64,000 nucleotides of DNA, from contig JBAQNN010000002.1 of assembly GCA_049303835.1 (NCBI GenBank), positions 94,492-158,491 of the forward strand. The letters run 5' to 3'. The notes below the pieces were generated by a model. The model had not been told where the DNA came from, ran no database searches, and worked only from the letters and a program-made list of their open reading frames with translations. The position numbers were made by a program, and so were the translations under genes. This document shows positions 59,303 to 64,000 of this stretch, in pieces. How positions within the stretch are numbered: position 1 is the first letter of the stretch; every line of letters begins with the position of its first letter. The stretch is from Minisyncoccia bacterium (GTDB lineage Bacteria > Patescibacteriota > Minisyncoccia > Phycocordibacterales > UBA9973).

Positions 59303-61438
59303 ATGGGGCAAAATATGCAAAAAAAAGAATATAGTGTGGAGATTGGGGGTAAGACGATGACCGCTATTTTTAGTGATTTGGCGGAACAAGCGCATGGTTC
59401 GGTAATATTAAAATATGGAGAGACTATCGTCCTAGCTACCGCTTGTATGTCCAAAGACAGTCAGGCAGGGTTGGGATTTTTTAATTTGACGGTTGACTAT
59501 GTAGAAAAATTTTATGCGGCCGGAAAAATTTTAGGTTCGCGTTTTGTCAGGAGAGAAGGCAAACCTTCGGAAGAAGCGGTCTTGGGAAGTAGGGTGATAG
59601 ATCGTACCTTGCGTCCTTTGTTTGATCAGTCAGTGCGCCATGCCGTGCAAGTGATAGTGACGGTCTTGTCGGTAGATGAAAATGACCCGACGATTTTGGC
59701 TATCAATGCGGCCTCTCTCGCCCTCCTTGTATCGGATATTCCTTGGAACGGACCCGTTGGTTGCGTGCGTATCGGGAAATACGATAGTGAAGATTTGAAA
59801 ATTAATCCCGCACAATCTCTCCGAGTGAATGAAGAAACACAATACAAATTTGATATGACTGTCTGTGGGAAGAATGGGCACATCAATATGATTGAAGCTT
59901 CCGCTCGTCAAGCGAAAGAAGCGGAACTGGAAGAAGCACTCCAAGTCGCGAGTGCGGAGATAGTCAAGTTGGAAGATTTTCAGAAAAAAATAGCGTCGGA
60001 AATCGGTAAAGAAAAGAGAGTGATAGAAAAAGGAACAATCTCTCCGGAAGCGGTTGCCTTGTTTAACGAAAATATTTTACCGAAAATGGAGGATGCTATA
60101 TTTGAAGGTCCGGGCAAAACAAAGATTGATGCCCTCCATACTACTTGGAATAATTTGGTGAAAGAAAAGTTTCCTGATAGAGAAGATTTTAGTTTGGAAG
60201 ATAATTTGTTTGATGATACAGAAAATGAAATTCTGCACAAAAAAGCGATAGACGAAGACAAGCGCGCCGACGGCAGGAAAATGGATGAGCTTCGTGACTT
60301 ATATGCGCAAGCAGGAGGGCTCTCTAGTCAGCTTCACGGGTCCGGAATTTTTTATCGCGGAGGGACTCACGTGCTCTCAGTGTTGACACTTGGTGGTCCG
60401 GAAGAAAGAAATTTAGTGGATGGTTTACAATTGAAAGTAGAAAAAAGATTTATGCATCACTATAACTTTCCACCGTATTCATCAGGAGAAGTGGGAAGAT
60501 TTGGCACGACCAATCGCCGAGAAGTGGGGCACGGAGCACTCGCCGAAAAAGCACTTGCGATGGTATTGCCTTCGGTTTCGGAATTTCCTTACACGATGAG
60601 AATCGTCTCCGAATCAATGGCGTCCAATGGTTCCACTTCTCAGGCTTCTATTTGCGCCGGTGTGCTTGCGCTCATGGATGGAGGAGTTCCCATCAAAGCT
60701 CCAGTCGGTGGTATCGCCATGGGGCTGATGTATGAGGATGACAAAAAATATAAAATACTTACTGACATTCAGGGTCCGGAAGATCATCATGGTGATATGG
60801 ATTTCAAAATTGCAGGAACTAGAGAGGGAGTCACTGCTATCCAATTGGACGTAAAGGTAGAAGGAGTGCCGATAAAGATATTGGGTGAAGCGATGATTCA
60901 ATCAAAAAAAGCCAGGGTCACCATCATAGACAGAATTGAAAAAGAAATTGCCAAACCTAGGGAAAATATTTCTATTAATGCTCCAAAAATATTGATCATT
61001 AAAATCAATCCGGAGAAAATAGGATTGGTCATCGGCGGAGGAGGAAAGACCATCAAAGAAATAAAAGAAAAATCTGGCGCGGAGATAACCATAGAAGATG
61101 ACGGTACAGTATATCTGACAGGGAAGGATGGTTCTGCGGAGAAGGCCAAAATGATAATAGAAGAAATGACCCACGAATTTAAAGTGGGAGAAATGCTGAA
61201 GGGTGAGATTGTAAAGATAGCTGATTTTGGAGCTTTTGTGAGACTAAATGATTTCTCTGACGGCATGGTGCATATCTCTGAGATTGCCCCATTTCGTGTG
61301 GAGCGTGTTTCGGATATAATAAAGGAAGGAATGATAGTCCCTGTCAAAGTCATAAATATTGATCCTGAACGTGGACGTATCGGGCTCTCAATCAAAGAAG
61401 CGGATAAAGACTTTTTCAAAAACAATGGATCCCGTTAG
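59303..61438 (+). CDS. pnp: polynucleotide phosphorylase
   Basis: 711 aa, two RNase PH domains, KH (GLVIGGGGKTIKEI) and S1 (GEIVKIADFGAFV). The alternative ATG at 59315 is also possible. Confidence 0.95.
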   Translation: MGQNMQKKEYSVEIGGKTMTAIFSDLAEQAHGSVILKYGETIVLATACMSKDSQAGLGFFNLTVDYVEKFYAAGKILGSRFVRREGKPSEEAVLGSRVIDRTLRPLFDQSVRHAVQVIVTVLSVDENDPTILAINAASLALLVSDIPWNGPVGCVRIGKYDSEDLKINPAQSLRVNEETQYKFDMTVCGKNGHINMIEASARQAKEAELEEALQVASAEIVKLEDFQKKIASEIGKEKRVIEKGTISPEAVALFNENILPKMEDAIFEGPGKTKIDALHTTWNNLVKEKFPDREDFSLEDNLFDDTENEILHKKAIDEDKRADGRKMDELRDLYAQAGGLSSQLHGSGIFYRGGTHVLSVLTLGGPEERNLVDGLQLKVEKRFMHHYNFPPYSSGEVGRFGTTNRREVGHGALAEKALAMVLPSVSEFPYTMRIVSESMASNGSTSQASICAGVLALMDGGVPIKAPVGGIAMGLMYEDDKKYKILTDIQGPEDHHGDMDFKIAGTREGVTAIQLDVKVEGVPIKILGEAMIQSKKARVTIIDRIEKEIAKPRENISINAPKILIIKINPEKIGLVIGGGGKTIKEIKEKSGAEITIEDDGTVYLTGKDGSAEKAKMIIEEMTHEFKVGEMLKGEIVKIADFGAFVRLNDFSDGMVHISEIAPFRVERVSDIIKEGMIVPVKVINIDPERGRIGLSIKEADKDFFKNNGSR

Positions 61439-61491
61439 AAATTTAACTGACGGGAGTAGTGGTAAAAATTAGCATATTAATTTCTAACGGG

Positions 61492-62385
61492 ATGGAGGAA
61501 AATAAAACACAATCCACCGCAAATGAAGAAAGTAATAAACTGGTAAAGACCTATGCCGAAGATATGGCGAGGGTTCTTGAAAATGATAAAGAAGGTTTAG
61601 TAAAAAAGATAATTCATGGAGACGAACAACACGAACAAGAGAAGAAAAATCTATCTCCTGAGTCAAAAAAGAATAAACTCTTTATGCTTATCGGCCTTAT
61701 CCTCATCTTCCTAGCTTTGTTAATTTTGTCGTATTTTCTTTTAAAGAAAAAGGAGATCAATACAGCCGCGGTACAAGAACAATTTATTCCCATCATTTTC
61801 AATGACAAGAGCACCTTTGTGGAAGTCGGAACTTTCAACAAAGAAGAGATAGTGCAGACCATCCTAAGTCATGTAAATAACACCGAAGTAAAAATCGGAG
61901 GTATAGAGGGAATTTATCTTACGGAGAACAAAAAGATTGTCGGGTTGCGGAGATTTATTTCCCTTATTAAGGGAAATTTGATCCCTGTTGAAAACAAGCT
62001 TCTGGTAGATGATAATTTTTTAATGGGTTCAATGCTGACAGGACTCAGATCTTCCTCGCCTACAGGCGGAGACTTTTTTATCTTGCTCAAGACTCGTTCT
62101 CTCTCGGATATTTTTGATTCTATGCGCGCTTGGGAAGAAAAAATGCTTACCGATTTGCACAAATTTATGGGAATCAGTTTGTCAGCAGAGACAAACTATC
62201 TTTTCACAAAAGATTTTGAAGACGGCATAGTAGAAAACAAAAACGCGCGCATCCTTCGCAATAAAGAAGGGGGGATAGTGTTGATGTATGTTTTTGCAGA
62301 TGAAAATTCTGTCATCATCACTAGTTCGGAACCCGTCACTCACGAAATAATCCTCCGCCTAGCCTCTGCCGGGAAGAAGCAGTAA
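61492..62385 (+). CDS. hypothetical single-pass membrane protein
   Basis: ORF open from 61459 (GTG). I prefer the ATG at 61492 (MEENKTQ...). TM helix LFMLIGLILIFLALLILSYFLL. Confidence 0.5.
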   Translation: MEENKTQSTANEESNKLVKTYAEDMARVLENDKEGLVKKIIHGDEQHEQEKKNLSPESKKNKLFMLIGLILIFLALLILSYFLLKKKEINTAAVQEQFIPIIFNDKSTFVEVGTFNKEEIVQTILSHVNNTEVKIGGIEGIYLTENKKIVGLRRFISLIKGNLIPVENKLLVDDNFLMGSMLTGLRSSSPTGGDFFILLKTRSLSDIFDSMRAWEEKMLTDLHKFMGISLSAETNYLFTKDFEDGIVENKNARILRNKEGGIVLMYVFADENSVIITSSEPVTHEIILRLASAGKKQ

Positions 62386-62393
62386 AAAATAAA

Positions 62394-63068
62394 ATGCCAG
62401 AAAAATTTAACATAAATCAACAAGAATATTGGGACAGGCAACACAAAAAAAGAGAAGCGGAATCTTTAGAGTTAATAAATGTACCAAACGAATTTGCCAA
62501 GAATTGTTTGAAATATATAAAACCAGAAGGAAAAGTTTTAGAAATTGGTATTGCTAATGGAAGAGATTCTAGATATTTTGTTAAGCAAAATAAAAATAAA
62601 ATAGTTGGGGTTGATATTTCAACAGAAGCGATTAGACAACTCATTGATGCTGCTATTTCTGATGGTACAATAAGTAGTATATTACCAGTTGTTGCTGAGG
62701 CTAGTGAAATTCCAGAATTATTAGAAGATCAAGAATTTTATGATGCCTTTTATTCTCGTTCAGCATTGCACTTAGACGATAAAAAAATTATTTTATTTTT
62801 TGAATATGTGGTATCTCATTTAAATAAAGATGGTATATTAATGGTTGAGGGAAAGCCAAAAGAAGATCAAAAAATAGAGAGGTCTATAGAAGTTGATAAA
62901 AATTGTTTTGAAGATATTGATGGTCATATTCGTCGTGTTTGGTCAGAAGATAATATAAAATCTTTATGTGATTCTTTTAATCTTGAAATAGTTGAGATAG
63001 GAAGAACTACAGAAGTTTGGCAAGGGAAAGAAACTAAATTTATTCATTTTATCGCAAAGAAAAAATAA
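62394..63068 (+). CDS. class I SAM-dependent methyltransferase
   Basis: 224 aa, VLEIGIANGRDS (motif I-like), VGVDIS, methyltransferase-fold pattern. Confidence 0.7.
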   Translation: MPEKFNINQQEYWDRQHKKREAESLELINVPNEFAKNCLKYIKPEGKVLEIGIANGRDSRYFVKQNKNKIVGVDISTEAIRQLIDAAISDGTISSILPVVAEASEIPELLEDQEFYDAFYSRSALHLDDKKIILFFEYVVSHLNKDGILMVEGKPKEDQKIERSIEVDKNCFEDIDGHIRRVWSEDNIKSLCDSFNLEIVEIGRTTEVWQGKETKFIHFIAKKK

Positions 63069-63069
63069 T

Positions 63070-63588
63070 ATGATAAACGAACAACCAAGAGCAATAATTT
63101 CTGCAATTCTTTTAAAAAATCAAGGTAATGAAAAAAAGATTTTTCTTCAAACTAGATGGAAGCCAAAAACAAGTCCGACTTATTCTGGAATGCTGGAAAT
63201 CCCTGCTGGTGGTATCGATTCTTATGAAAATGTTTACAATTCCTTAAGGAGAGAAGTAAAAGAAGAAACTAACTTAGATATAGTTAAAATTTTAAATGAT
63301 TATCAAGGAGAAATTTTTGAACCCAGGAAGAATGACAAAGCTTTTATTTTTAGGCCTTTTATCTGCCAGCAAGCCCTTGAAACAAACAATGGTTTACCAT
63401 GGATTGGTTTTGTTTTTTTGTGTGAAGTTACTGGTGAATTAAAAATCAACGAAGGTGAAGCAAAAGATCCAATTTGGGTTTCGATTAAAGAGTTAGAAAA
63501 TATTGTAAACAATAAACCAGAAAGTGTTTTTCCATTACAATTACCCGTGCTTAAATATTTTGTTGAAAATTTTTATAACTTTATATGA
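63070..63588 (+). CDS. NUDIX hydrolase
   Basis: 172 aa, Nudix box GGIDSYENVYNSLRREVKEETNL. Confidence 0.8.
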   Translation: MINEQPRAIISAILLKNQGNEKKIFLQTRWKPKTSPTYSGMLEIPAGGIDSYENVYNSLRREVKEETNLDIVKILNDYQGEIFEPRKNDKAFIFRPFICQQALETNNGLPWIGFVFLCEVTGELKINEGEAKDPIWVSIKELENIVNNKPESVFPLQLPVLKYFVENFYNFI

Positions 63589-64000
63589 AATCAGAAATAG
63601 AAGTAAAAGCGAAAGTAAAAAATAAAGATGTTTTAGTATCCAAACTTAGAGAAATTGGATGTGTCTTGAATGAACCGGTTGTCCAGGATGACTGCATTTA
63701 TAATAAAAAGGGAATTGATTTATCAAGTCATAGTCATGGCACCCCAGTTTTGCGTATTAGAGAACAAAAGGGGCGAATAGTTTTTACTCTGAAAAAGAAT
63801 AGGAGTAATGATCTTGATTGTATAGAAAAAGAAATTGAGATAACTGATAAAAATACCTTGGAAGAAATTATAGAGTTACTCGATTATGAAAAAACAGTGG
63901 AAGTCCATAAAAAAAGACAAAGAGGAAAGTATAGTGATTATGAAATCTGTCTTGATGAAGTAGAGGGGCTCGGTTTTTTTATAGAAGTGGAAAAAATGTC
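63585..64000 (+). CDS. CYTH-domain protein (class IV adenylate cyclase / triphosphate tunnel metalloenzyme), runs off window end
   Basis: Own translation: MKSEIEVKAKV... (ExExK motif) ...LRIRE...FTLKK...ICLDEVEGLGFFIEVEK. ATGA overlap with the NUDIX stop. Confidence 0.75.
   Translation, partial: MKSEIEVKAKVKNKDVLVSKLREIGCVLNEPVVQDDCIYNKKGIDLSSHSHGTPVLRIREQKGRIVFTLKKNRSNDLDCIEKEIEITDKNTLEEIIELLDYEKTVEVHKKRQRGKYSDYEICLDEVEGLGFFIEVEKM

Overview
AT-rich chromosomal window (roughly mid-30s % GC by eye) with short, tightly packed genes. By gene content it looks like a Candidate Phyla Radiation / Patescibacteria (Parcubacteria-like) genome; this is an inference, no search was run. All protein calls come from reading the supplied translations, plus my own translation of regions the track misses.

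Layout:
- The window spans the replication origin: rpmH-rnpA-yidD-yidC-jag (+) diverge from dnaA-dnaN (-) at about 22.9-27.6 kb.
- The left part is unusually dense in DNA repair and recombination genes: ruvA-mutM, a contiguous uvrC-uvrA-uvrB block, polA, and ruvB-yebC-ruvC. It also carries tsaE, an orphan PilB/GspE ATPase, tyrS and a class A PBP.
- 27.6-41.5 kb is a single-strand, relaxase-less type IV secretion-like operon. It encodes a split VirB4, a PrgI/VirB3-like protein, a VirB6-like protein, a pilin-like domain fused to an M15 peptidase, and several large secreted proteins of unknown family.
- The right part carries rsmA, pcrA, a LysM-M23 peptidase, a ZIP transporter, a Ca/Na antiporter, five tRNAs (none encoding CCA), cca, murI, xth, xerC/D, rpsO-NYN-pnp, and a methyltransferase-NUDIX-CYTH trio that runs off the window.
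- I saw no rRNA, CRISPR array or transposase.

Main hunt results:
1. A heptad-periodic (NNTAGGC)n/(GCCTANN)n hairpin element occurs three times inside the T4SS-like operon. One copy carries a four-helix-bundle (23S rRNA IVS-type) gene in its loop, and one sits exactly where virB4 is split.
2. GC-rich, hairpin-forming segments lie in frame inside housekeeping genes (uvrC, uvrA, polA, rsmA, pcrA, cca), reminiscent of Rickettsia palindromic elements. The rsmA and pcrA copies are clearly homologous, and a 16-nt identical piece lies next to tRNA-Arg.
3. A 53-codon, ~58% GC ORF with its own sigma70-like promoter, strong SD and GC-rich terminator sits next to tRNA-Gly. It is missed by the ORF track.
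4. The extended DnaA-box 12-mer TAGTTATCCACA recurs in intergenic DNA far from oriC.
5. Operon-first genes show pervasive leaderless architecture: an extended -10 lies 6-7 nt upstream of the start codon.
6. The palindrome GTTTCAC(A/G)TG(A/T)AAC clusters around yraN and cca.
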